A DNA stretch of 64,000 bases, from positions 800,656 through 864,655 of the forward strand of contig NMRA01000111.1 in the NCBI GenBank assembly GCA_002633005.1, written 5' to 3'. Source of the stretch: Phoronis australis. Taxonomy: Eukaryota; Animalia; Phoronida. This document shows positions 24,301 to 35,400 of this stretch, one piece after another. The position numbers were made by a program, and so were the translations under genes. Positions within the stretch are counted from its first letter, which is position 1, and each line of letters begins with the position of its first letter. The notes below the pieces were generated by a model, which saw nothing but the letters and a program-made list of their open reading frames with translations, made no database searches and was not told the DNA's origin.

Positions 24301-27300
24301 CAGAATGACAAGCTGAAAGCAATTACTAATAATTGATCGTTTTGGCAGTAGATGTAACCTCACATTACAATGAACTGTGGGAAGTCACTCAGCTAAAAGA
24401 GAATGAAACCAACCAATCAAAACAAAGAAAGCACAATTTCCAACCCACAGGTGGTGTGATGAGAATGATACAAGTATGCTTAAAAACAGATATGGATGAA
24501 ACACACAAGAAAAAAATACTTCAGGTGAGGAACTTACATCATTGCGGATGATTTCTCTGCTGTCTGACAACAGGTCCATGAGTTTGGAGACGCCCATTGG
24601 ACTGGCAAGGATGCAGTCTTGAACCTCTTTACTTCGGTTGGACAAAAGGCTTGTCATCAGCTTCACTGTTGGCCATCGCACATGGAAGTCATACTCCTGC
24701 AGAAATAACAAGAGAAGTGTCTTTTGGGATCAAAAGTCCATTTTGTCAACTTGAAAACAATCGACATCCCAAGATCAACTTTACAAGAGATTCAACTTGG
24801 AAATTTATTCTAAATGTAAAACACGGAAATTATCCGAGTCCAGATTAAAGTTTGGTAACCTTCAGGCATGGTTCAGACAAAAAATCAATGAACAGTTAGC
24901 AGATAGTCACCAACACATAGCACAAGACAAAAATCAACAAAATGAATCAAAACTCCTCATCATGATGACCAAGAGGAAACAGAACTCACTGTCAGAGGAT
25001 TTGGAATGAAGGGCCATTAACCAACATGACAGAGTTATATACTATGACATCTTTCCAACTTCTTCCTAACACTTAAAATAACTACGGGTTGTCAGCTACG
25101 CAATGAGTGGCATGATGAAAATTGACACAGTACGAGACGTGCAAACAGATAACAAACCTCAAGCAGCGACAGCAGAAGGCCCACATTCTCTGGGTTCTTG
25201 ATAAATATTTCTGTAAACTGTCCACCTAAGTCTTGAGGCTCACCTTGTTGGTCATCTGGAAAAGGACAAGGTACTGTCAAGGATATATTAGTTTCGACAA
25301 AAATAATACAGTGAAATGACACAAGAATGATGCACAATGCCTAGTAAAGGCAATTAGTTTTTGGCTTGATCTTGTTCATTTTTACAAACTGGAATTCACA
25401 CAACACATTTGTAGAATTTGCAATCAACAAACAGAGATAAGCCGTAATTTATCCTGCTTCATTTTCTCAGAGTTGATCATGCTGTGCGTGGGCAAGTAAA
25501 TCCTCAGCTAAGTCACACGACAACATCAAGCTTCAACGTTAAAAAAACTCTGGATAACCTCTGAGAAATTCAAAGCAATGGCCACTGAAGTTTGTTCCAA
25601 ATTTACGGACATCTTCCTACCTTCCTCACTGGGTTCACTTGACATGATGCAGCACAGGGTATCCAGTGCATAGCCCAGAATCTCAGAATCACTCCTGAAA
25701 GGTAAGGACAAGCTTTGAACATGTATATCAAGCTCTAAAGAACACTGACCAGACAACAACACCCAGAAAGAAGCCACTGCTGGTTTCAAACTCTCACATG
25801 GATGAAAGTGCAAATTAAAATCCTTATCAGGAGAATAGACACTACTAACTGCACAACTTTGCAAAATACTGAGATGAAGGAATTAAATTAATACAATACT
25901 ATAAACAAGTAAATTACTGACCTGTCAGTCTGTAGAACATTTATTAGAAGTTCCATGCTTTGGGTACCAACTTCCACACGGAATTTCTAAAAGGGTAGAA
26001 TTTCACATAAAACAACAAATTCAAAATGACTCATTGCTCCAGGAAGCGGAGATGTAATGGACAGTTCACATTTAGTTCCATTTTCATGATACAAACTTCA
26101 GAGATGGATAGGGTTCTAGGCCTTCTACGCACACGCTTTTGATGTCATTGATGAGGACGGATATGATATAGTCATGGTTTTTATATTATATTTTATATCA
26201 AAATGCATGAATAGCTGTTTTAAAATAATTATCACGTCAGTTTACAAACAATAGGTTTTCAAATTTAAAACAAGCGGCATGCCAAGCTTGGTATTCAATC
26301 CCGATGAGCATAGCACATATTTGTTGATGCCTGAGCAAAGAATGCACAGCGTTTAGATTTCAAGTTATATGGCCGCACAAATCTGTGTGCACACAGTGAC
26401 TGTTTTGTCAAAACTGAGCAAATAACACATAGGAGATTAATTACAAATATTCATCGGTTGGAACTGTCATAAACATCTACAACATTTGTAAATGTCAACA
26501 CAGTGTGTGGTGAATTTTCCATGATTAAAGGGGAGATAACGACTGACTGACACACGCACGCACACTGGGAACTCGGCTAATTTAATATTATTGTGAATAA
26601 ATATTCAATACAAAAATATAAACACTTTATAAACACTTCTGGGAGGAAAGAAAAGCACTGTTCAGTAAATTTACGACAATGCAATGTAAGTGAATGGCCA
26701 CTAAAATGGAATGGATTGAAACTATATCTCAAAGCTGGTGAGACTTGTAAAAAATTCCAAGCACTCACAATTAAATTGAAGAGAAAAATTGCAAAAATAC
26801 CTTTGATAAGGATTTAAGGGCTCTGACAGCATCCCTGCGATCTTCAAGCAAAGTGGATGACTGAACTCGGTCACACAACCGTTCAATCTAAAATGGAAGC
26901 AAAAGTCAAGTGCAAATTTTAAATTAAAACAAGTCATCAAAACACCCCAGCCATATCGTCACACTGTAAGTAGAATCTATCGACATGAAGCAGTACCACT
27001 GCTCAGTGGGAACTGATCTCAACACACAGTTCTCCATAACAATTCAAACAGCCAACCCACAAATGCCTTATCATATATTGTATGTCACAATTACAAGGCC
27101 TGGCAACAGCTTTCAGCAGGGCAAAAATGATTGAAATTGTATTGCCTAAGGGTACTAATTTTATTCAATGTTCAAAACAGACGATTTTGGAATAAGGGCA
27201 ATTCCGTGAAAGGATAACCTAGAGACAAAAAAATAAAACTGTGACTATTCTTACATTTCTGTTCTCATCTGAAAGCCCAGTCTCTCTTGTTTCACAACCC

Positions 27301-30300
27301 ATATATGACTGTCTTATAGCTTTTAATTTTTTATCTAAATGGACCCATTTCTGGGGTCAACAAAAAATTAACTCGATTTTCATGAGTGTCCCTAATTATT
27401 GTGACATAAATACATTAATTATGGGTATTTCACTATATTATCAAATTTGTGCAATCACATGAAGCCCAAACTTTATAAACAAGAGTAAAGCGGAGCGTTG
27501 AAATACGCCCACGAATGCATCGCAAACGGTATGCTTTTAGGGTTGTTTATTTGTGTCATAAAAATGGTCACTAGATGGTGCAAAAAACGTACAATCAATC
27601 CAAAAATGAGAACATGTCATAGCATCTTTAATAGAAAGCTGTTCACCAAATTTCATAGAAATCTGTCATGGAACTATCACAGAAACAAAGGAAAACAGAA
27701 TAAAATAAAATTGCCACCAGGGGGCACAGTGTTCATGGGATCTGCCTGAAAGTCGTTATTGTTGTTGTTAGCTTCATGTAAATACACATACTAAATTTAA
27801 TAAAGATCCAGCAGTGGGTTTAAGAGATACAACTATGGGTGCAAAACAAAACAAAACTACCATTGGAGAAGCCACAGTAGTCAAAGTCGTCATCGTCAAT
27901 CATCCTCTTCACAAAGAGAACACATACGCTAATTTTCAAAACCATCCTTAGAATGATTTTGGTTGATGGAGGGGTGGATGCCAAAAATCAGACTCGAAAA
28001 CAGCCAAAAGGCCACTAGGCAGCACAAAATACTTCGATTCCATCCAGAAACAGGAGGATAGCGTCATCTTACTAATGGACGCCTGCGTTCAAAATTTCAT
28101 GAAAATCCATTAAACCCTTAAAGATACAGAGGTAAATGTAAAATCTAAAATTGCCACCAGGGGGCACACCAGTACTCAGATGATCTGTCCGAAAGTCATC
28201 GTTGTTCTTTGTCAACATCATATAAATATACTTGTTAACTTTAGTTAAGATCCTGCAAGCAAACGATTTAAGAGATAAAGCCATGGGCTCAAAAAACTAA
28301 ATTGCCACTAGGAAGCGCCACAGTAGCTGAAGTCATCGAAAAATCATCGTCAGCCATCCACTTCAGAGTAAAAACATACATGCCAATTTTCACAATTATC
28401 CTGAAAGCAGTTTGGTTGATAGAGGGTTGGACGCCCAAAAACAGACTCGAAAGCGGTAAAAATGGCCACTGGGTGGCGCAAACTAAGTCAAATCCATCTG
28501 AAAACAAAGCCTGTATCTCAAATGTTTTGAAAAAATGTTAAGGACATTTGAAGATACAGAGGTTAATGTAAAAAAATAGAATTACCACCAGGGGGCACAA
28601 AAGTAGTCAAATCCGTCCGAACATCGTCGTCGTCCTTTGTCAACATCATATAAATACACTAACTAAATTTAGTAAAGATCCTGCAAATGGCTTAGGAGAT
28701 ACAGCCATGGTGCAAACAAAAACAAAACTGCCACTACGAGGCGCCACAGTTGTTGAGATTGTCGGAAAATCGTCGTCAGTCGTCCTCTTCATAGTAAGAA
28801 CATACAATCCAATTTTCACAATCATCCTTAAAGCTGTTTAGTTGATAGAGAGGTGGGTGCCAAAACAGACTCGAAAACAGTAGAAATGGCCACTAGGTGG
28901 AGCAAACTACATCAAATCCATCTGAAAACGGGAGGATAGCGTCATCTTCGTAATAGATGCCTGTATGCCAAATTTTATGAAAATATGGATCTGTCCAAAA
29001 GTTCGCTCATGCTGTTCCATCCATGAAAGGAACACGTGTGCAAAATTTCATGAACATGCGTCAAATGGTTTTGGAGATAGAGCAGCGGACGCTGTACGGC
29101 GCCGCCCGGACGGATGGAGATGACGGCATAATGCATCCACAAAAGTGGGCGAATAAAAATAACATTTAACTTTGTCACATCATCCACCTCTTGCAGTCAA
29201 AGGTCAACTCCCGGATATCATGGTGTCGTACGTCCGTCATAAAAAAAGTGCTAAAAAGTTTTCAACCAAAATTAAAATAATTTCAGATTCTCTTTGAACT
29301 TGTTATTCAATACTACTGACCAAAATTTTAGATCCCAGGGATTATTCGTGAAGTCGGAAATTGTGTGACAGACGTACAGCAATTTTGTACGTCCGTCACG
29401 TGTATCCGTCACACCCATGCAATTGCAACTTTTCAGCCAATAAAATAAACTTAGGTCTCACTTTTACTTTCTAAATTAGCAGAAGATAAAATGTATTTCA
29501 CACCTAAGAACCTTAAAATGATTAAATATTATTAAGGCAGCGTTAAAATCAAGTAAAGTAAAGTAGTTGCTACAGATTTTAACTTAGATGAACTGGACCT
29601 CTTCAATTTCAAAAGTATTTGTTGAAGTAGTTTACAGTGTCATCTAGTTATTCTTAGTAAAATTCAACTTGTTAAAATCAGACAGTTGGACCACATTGTA
29701 AAATCTAAATAAAAAAATGTTAATTTAATGAATTTATTGTTTATCTGTTGCTGCCCATGTTTGTAAAGAAAAACTTAGCTTTTGGAAAATTCAAGACACA
29801 AAACATTCATATCTAAACAAGAGACCTCAAGGAATACTTGCCAAGTTGCTATTGCACTGGAATCAAGTGAACGTGTCATTTCTACTCTGAACTACTATGT
29901 ATGCAATGTTTTGTGTTGAAAAAGCATATGCTGAATATTTTTAGTGGTAGCAACCTGTCATCTACTTTATTGAGCATTTTTGTCACACCTTCACTGACTG
30001 TAGCCACTCTCATTGTGTTTTTCAGTGTCTTGGCTGGCTTGTATGAAATGATTTCATAGCAAATGACTGCACTGTCTTATCTTACATATATTTTTGTCAA
30101 AACAAGAACTTTGAAACCGCAACCTTTTAAGAATGAGACTAATTTTTTTCTGATGGGCTTCGAGGAGATTAAATCAGCGTTTAGAAATGAAAGAGGAAAT
30201 TGTTGGAGACCACGGTAAAAAACAGAATGCAACTGGGAGAAGAATGAATATCTGCCGGATATTCCCTGAAACTCTAAAAAATGCCATCGTGGATCAAGAA

Positions 30301-31972
30301 ATTCATAAATGTACCATTATTTAATGCACCTCTTTAAAATTGAAAAAGAATGAGTTAAAAAACTTGATGAAAAGCTAATTATGCTAATCACTAAATAAAG
30401 ACCACCATCTGATAAGGGCTGTTCCAGTAAAATCCGTGTGGGAGGGGGGGGACGACAGTAGAAATAAAAATTCATGGGTGGTGGTCTTCAGAAAAAACTC
30501 AAATTATGGATGGTCGTNATTCAAATTCAGGTTTAGCAACAACTCAAGTTTAATGCAGGAGGGCGTAGGCCTATAAACTAATGAATACACAGAAGTGTCT
30601 AGAAGAATCGTTGGAAAAATAGCAACCAGGGGCGGATCCAGGATTTTTAGCTAGGGGGGGCAGGGCACGGAATAACCAGAATTTCGGCAGATACGCGCGC
30701 CCAGGGTAAATTGTGGGGACGCAGAGGCCTCGAATGAGGACCTGTTGACTAACAAAAAAGGTAAACGGGGTTTGTTAAGGGCCTATGCGTTGTATATCAT
30801 TCCCAATGAGCCCCTGCTTGCACACACCCGAACTCCCAAATGGTATCTGGTAGAATTTTAGGGGGAGCCATGGCCCCCCTAAATCCGCCGCTGGCAACTC
30901 ATGTATTCAGCATGCACGACACAAGAGGAGGCTCAGCACAGGCAGCCCTACGGTAACACATTACCTAGGTGTGCACATGCACGGTGCTATTTGGGAATGT
31001 ACTTGGGGCAAGTGAATTTGTTGTTCGGGCAAGTAAAAATTTCAACTACTTGCCCGAAGGGCCTAAAAAGTTAATGTTGAGCCCTGTAATATAACTCTTA
31101 TATCATTCAATTGGTTTTTATACGTCGTATACCGACGACGTTACAGGACTCAGATCACGAGGTAAGATTAAAAGGCGGTTGTCTGACGTAATAAGCGCCC
31201 ATGTTCGGTTAACCGCCCACCAACAATTCCTTGAAATTTCACGTTTAAGCGACCATGTCTGGTTAATGGCCAATCCTCGAATTTTTGGGTTTGCCAATTT
31301 AACCGCCTAAAGAGTTAACCTGAATGTTTACGGTAAATACATCAATGATTTTGGGAACTGAAATAGGGACTGCTCGAAGAAAAAGTTTGATAACAGGAGT
31401 ATTTGTTCAAGTAGGAAGGAATTAAACATCCTCCTAAGGTATTGTTCCTCTATGCCCAAAAGGTATTTGTAACAATGTGACTTTGATGTTTTAGTCGGTG
31501 CGAGGCATAATTCGCCGAAAAGCTTCCAGTGTATGGAGCTCCTATAGGAGCTGCATCGCCTCTGGTCGGGCCAACAGAGGCGATTGTCATTGCCTAGGTT
31601 AGGACTGGAGTAGGAAGAGTAGTAGTTTAAATGACACTAACTTTATGTCAGATTTTATTTGACCTGTGACTACGGCACGCAAAAAGGCTGAAAGAGGCGG
31701 CGCAAGTGAAAAAATGTGTACGTCTTATTGTGTAATGTGCACTCTCTGCCTGGCCAAGGGCAGGGCAAGGCCGGTCTCGTCAACTCCATCGCCACCGCCA
31801 CCGCCACCGGTGTCGGGTGCTGAGGAGACACGCGTTGTTTTACAAAGTCACGTCAAGAAGTTGGTAAAAACAGTACTATAGAAATAAAAAAAGATGTGTA
31901 TCCTACCGTGTCAGCACCAGATGGTTGAGCATCACCCTGTGGGGTGCCTACAAATTTTCGTATATAGTCCAT
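9380..31972 (-). CDS. USO1: General vesicular transport factor p115 (USO1)
   Basis: Exons in 5'->3' order: 31907-31972 (MDYIRKFVG..), 26801-26887 (IERLCDRVQSSTLLEDRRDAVRALKSLSK), 25922-25986, 25621-25694, 25158-25255, 24538-24696 (EYDFHVRWP..PMGVSKLMDLLSDSRE), 23497-23617 (NANIQKIVAFENAYERL), 22791-22981, 22079-22219, 21531-21774, [segment missing at gap 21461, ending CTNILSQ], 19413-19523, 18209-18330, 17624-17805, 17201-17316, 16349-16478, 15128-15258, 14403-14615, 13827-14015, 9960-10121 (EDLLVLLADQD), 9380-9436 (acidic tail VESDDDFEDDEEDEEEDD*). Phases are consistent between all adjacent exons found, and the peptides match p115 head, coiled-coil and acidic-tail motifs. Confidence 0.96.
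10296..12440. mobile_element. Helentron-like (HINE) non-autonomous element with internal ~125-150-bp tandem repeats
   Basis: Begins with ACTAGAGAAATGCGGAGCGTTGAAATGCG and ends with a GCCGGATGGACAGGGATGATGGCG tract. About 12 diverged internal units each carry a CCACTAG(R)GGGC-like core. Confidence 0.75.
13345..13775 (+). mobile_element. 3' fragment of a non-LTR retrotransposon (ORF2 C-terminal zinc-finger region, RTEX-like)
   Basis: ORF 13371-13658 reads MARFRCSSHSLMIEVGRH...R..R....VEEEYNFLLSCDKYSELR, the typical C-terminal motif of invertebrate LINE ORF2, with the Cys/His ligands degenerated. Confidence 0.75.
16581..16734. repeat. Two degenerate 77-bp tandem copies of the USO1 exon 17201-17316 3' end plus donor
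   Basis: 16581-16657 and 16658-16734 align without gaps to 17182-17258 (e.g. TAGTCAGGTATA...TCACAATACTCTC). Confidence 0.75.
16737..17181. mobile_element. MITE inserted at TA within the 77-bp tandem array
   Basis: Imperfect TIR GTAGAGACCCTGGCTTTCTG / CAGAAAACCAGGGAGTCCAC with TA on both sides. Removing it restores the 77-bp period. Confidence 0.65.
18331..19412 (-). other. U12-type (minor spliceosome) GT-AG intron of USO1
   Basis: 5' splice site GTATCCTTC. Branch site TTTTCCTTAAC ends 9 nt before the exon (TAG acceptor), with no polypyrimidine tract. The intron joins ...DANVSF to LISQV... in frame. Confidence 0.9.
18517..19146. repeat. Long inverted repeat (foldback), ~200-bp arms at 18517-18718 and 18947-19146
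   Basis: For example CCCAACAACATGTAATGATACACAGAC pairs with GTCTGTGTATCATTACATGTTGTTGGG, and CAATGACAACCTGTGGTGTCCCAG pairs with CTGGGACACCACAGGTTGTCATTG. Confidence 0.85.
20281..21460. repeat. 72-bp minisatellite (~16 copies; dimer of two 36-bp subunits) containing a USO1 exon end and 5' splice site
   Basis: Minus-strand unit TGTACTAACATACTGTCTCAG|GTAGAGAATGAAATA + TGTTCTATAATACTGTCTGAGATAAGGGATAAATTG. CTACCTGAGA recurs at 20361+72k up to 21441. The array ends at N 21461. Confidence 0.95.
23156..23326. repeat. 86-bp tandem duplication (2 copies), intronic
   Basis: GGACAGAAAGTGAGTATTAGGTCA...AACAAAGCTCCAAGAATGAG at 23156 and 23242. Confidence 0.9.
27478..29160. mobile_element. Helentron-like (HINE) element with internal tandem repeats bearing CTCF-like motifs
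   Basis: Ends are AACAAGAGTAAAGCGGAGCGTTGAAATACGCCCAC and CGGACGGATGGAGATGACGGCATAATGCATCCACAAAAGTGGGCGAATAAAAA. About 10 internal units, with CCACCAGGGGGCAC at ~27714, 28154 and 28586. Confidence 0.8.
30627..30893. mobile_element. MITE family A
   Basis: TIR CAGGGGCGGATCC / AAATCCGCCGCTG with 5-bp TSD GCAAC. Confidence 0.85.
31004..31086. mobile_element. Terminal fragment of a hAT-like MITE
   Basis: Subterminal GGGCAAGT/ACTTGCCC repeats ending in GTTAATGTTGAGCCCTG. The other end was not found. Confidence 0.45.
31350..31594. mobile_element. Solo arm of the long-TIR element family (see 54310-55237)
   Basis: Closely similar to ~54990-55237 (GAAATAGGGACTGCTCGAAGAAAAAGTTTGATAA...GGGCCAACAGAGGCGAT..TCATTGCC|TAG). 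Confidence 0.85.
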
Positions 31973-32411
31973 ATTTTTGTCGAACAAAAATAACAGCAAG
32001 AAGCTCGACTGAGTCCACGCATGCGCTTTCGACGTGGCAAAGTTTTACTTCCGTATATTCGTGGACTAGCCTTTTTCTCGTTTCTGACTTTTTCTTAGAG
32101 TAAATTTAAAATTTTCTGCTATCTGGTTGGACAGAAACGTATTTTGAAGTGTTCCACTTAGCCTCGAATAGTATGGACATAAATAAATTGTTATTCGATG
32201 ACCTTATTTTTGTTAACCTACTTATTGAAGAAGTTGACCTAGATAATAGAGAAAACACCGTCGGCGTTGACGAGCTCAAACACTATCGTCGTATGGTTCT
32301 CGAGTTTTGCATCCTCATCTTATTGGTTTCTTGCATGTAAAAGGCGTGTACGGGTATCTTTTTTAATTATTTTTGATCGTGTGATTTTGGGACCACATTT
32401 GTCGCCGCATA
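31973..32411. promoter_or_regulatory. Bidirectional promoter / 5' UTR region shared by USO1 and the ELOVL gene
   Basis: Divergent ATGs are 440 bp apart in a CpG-richer stretch, with an NRF1-like CGCATGCGC at 32018-32026 and an ETS-like ACTTCCG at 32047-32053. Confidence 0.65.
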
Positions 32412-35400
32412 ATGACAACTTTTTATGGTAAGAAATAAGAAATCATCTAAGGAATCACTTGTGCACAGTCATAGACCGTGTGTACCGGCCAGATATCACT
32501 GTCTAGCACTGACAGTGTACTTTGACTGTCTGCTGACCTGCTTCTAGTAGACAGTGCCACCGTCGCTGTTTAGCAGTGGAGACGGTGGTACTCCCATAGG
32601 CCCTTCATACGGATGCTTTTTGGCGAATTGTGCTTCACACTAAGTCACGCTGCTCTTGCTCTGGGAGTAATGTATAGTCCTAGTCTTGCTGTAAGTTGTA
32701 ACTAAGAAAAACTAAATACATTTTGTTGGCCTTTTGAAATAGAGCATGCGCACACCCAGCCTTCAAAATGGGGGGCTCGAATTCCTGACGTATGGACCTT
32801 TTGCTAACAAGAGAGCGGGCGGACTAAAAAAAACAAAAAAAAAAAACGGGAGCACACCACTGCGAATTGCGCGTTTGTGCTTATTTACTGGGCTTTTGTC
32901 CCATTTCCTCGGACATTTTGTCTCTCAGGGGCGGACCTTTTTGCCCACTTCGCCATTCGACCCCTGGGTGCCTACATGTAGAGGGACAGCTTAGGAGACA
33001 GTCAATGTCTTTATTTCCTTCTAACTCTAACAAATACTCCCGTAATCAAACTTTTTTCATAGTTCGGTTAGGCAACTGGCCATTTTTATCTTGAATTTAA
33101 AAACCCTCCAAGTGCATGAAACCAGTGGTGGATTTAGGGGGGGGAGGTGTTGGGCAAGGGGGCCATGGCCTCCCCTAAAATTCTACCAAATACCATTTGG
33201 GAGTTTGGGTACGAATTGCACATGCGCACAACGAACGGGGCTCGGAGAGGGGGGGGGGGGTGAATAAGCAATGCATAGGCTCTGAACATTCCCCGTTTAC
33301 CGTTTTTTTTTAGTCAACAGGGTCCGCAGACCCAAATTTTCGAGATCCCTGCATCCCTACATTTTAGGCTGGGCTCGTGCATCTGCCAAATTTCTGGCCC
33401 CCCCTAACTCAAAATCCTTTATCCGCCCCTGGAAACCACTCAAGTTTCTTTGATCTCAAGCATATCTTTAAGTTTTATCCAGTTTTCTGATTGTCAAAGT
33501 AGAAACAGCGTCATGCTGAGAGTGGACATCCTCTTAGCGTTTGGTTGGCTTGTGTTACAAATGCATCTTGCCTGACTCCACTAAAACATTGTTTCTACTT
33601 ATTTTTTGTGTTACTGTTGGGTGAATTTGTCTTTACTATTAACAAATATTCATAATTCATTTTTGAAGCATCAAAATTGACCCTTAAATAGTAATGTGAC
33701 AACTTGTGATTGATTTGAATGCGAGTCATCCAGCACACTGTCCAAAACAACGGCTCATAATGTAAAGCTGCTACTAGTATAATTGATATCGCCTGATTTG
33801 AATAGTTTGCGGACAACCTTATGTAAACAGTTTGGTGATGACTGTGTTTCACGCACTCTTTGAGTTTCAATTTTCGCCAATGAGATCGACATGCAACTAC
33901 TGTGTAGTATATTGGTAGTGGCAGTGGTAGTGCAAGTTTTTAATCCAGTAAAGTTTCGAGGGGGTTCCCTTACAAATTATGAGTTGAGGGCATACCAGTA
34001 GAGATTCAAATTCCAAACCAATGGAATATCTAGAAAAATGAGTATCTGCACTTATACTCAAAATTTTTTCTAATGCGTTCTGTGCCACCCGTTGTCCTCT
34101 ATCAAGCTCAAGTCACGTTTTTTGATATTCTAAAGTGACATCAACACAGGGAAACACTTATTACTTTCTTCAGTTTCTTTAATTTTCCTTCTTATAGATG
34201 GATTTTTATGATTCAAAAACAACCACCAGCATTTGATGACAGATTCAGAATAGCACAAAACTGAAAGTTTCTTAACTTCATTATGGTGTAGTGCATAAAG
34301 GGTGTAAGCTGCACATTATGCATCCAGGATGTGTATGCTGGTCATGTGTTATCATGTAAAAGGCCCATTAATGCTGCTATGAAGGTATGATAATCAGTCG
34401 CACACAGTTCAGTGGTTTGTAGCTGGACCACAAATTTGCCCCTAGCCATTAAAAGTTTATGAAGTCGTGTTCCCAGAAAATTAGGAAACTCAACCCTTAA
34501 GGGACCCAGCATCCTTGCAAATTTGGTTAGAATAACAAGGCACCTATTTGTGGAGAGCTTCTATGAGTAGTTCATCCACCCTCTTATGGTTATGGGTTTC
34601 CCATAGCATCAAGTTGTAAGGGTTCCAAACCATGCAAAATGCTTAGTGGTGAAATTAAAGTTCTAGTGGAGAACAGTTTATTTTGATCTGCGGTCCTTTT
34701 AACCCAGCAAGAAATGGACCCTTTTGTGACGTTCTTACCTCTTGAAGTTTGGAAGTAGTTTGGCTTTGAAAAAATAGGCTATCAGAGTGGTATGTTATGA
34801 AAATGTTACAGAATTTTTGAAAAATAAACTTTTTGGTACTTAATATCTTGAAAGACCTACAATTGCAAAGCCAGACTATAGCTTTCTGTAACAGTGGTCA
34901 TTCAATGAAGATTTCATTTATTTATGCTTTTTGTGATATTGTCTATCAGAGCTACAGAAACTGTTTTTTTTCCATAACCGGTGACGAGATGGCCATAATT
35001 TCACACTTTCAGCTCTGGTTAATGTTACAACTTATTTCTAAAGGTGCCTAGGTCAGAAATTGTTGTCATGCTAAATCGCATAAGCTTGGTAAAATAACTA
35101 CCTCTTTGAAAAAGGCAGTCGTCACTTACAGGGATCTGAATTTTGCTGGAGAATCTATGATGTCCATAGATCAGTAGAGAAAATTGGTTTCTCAAAATGC
35201 GGGACAGCAGTAGATGATTATTACCATGAAAATTCTCTAAATGATTTAAGGGGTTAAAAGCTGGCTCTCAGTGAAGTAATAATTTTTGTTTGGGCCATTT
35301 ACAGTTTCAAGGCAAATTCATTTCTGAGATCATTTAGACATGATTTCAGAGGTTTTGGTTTTAACTAACTGTTAACCTCTCAGTAACGTCTGCAGTCAGG

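Noticed and set aside
29199-30340. Possible DNA transposon with CGTCCGTCAC repeats in USO1 intron 1
   Set aside because: I could not identify matching termini or a TSD by eye.
34198-34265. AG|ATG candidate start exon for the ELOVL gene
   Set aside because: All nearby ATG frames hit stops within about 20 codons. Exon 32412-32427 fits phase and donor consensus better.
34492-35257. piggyBac-like element (CCCTTAA ... TTAAGGGG|TTAA)
   Set aside because: The terminal match is very short and the left TTAA is imperfect (TCAA), so the evidence is insufficient.
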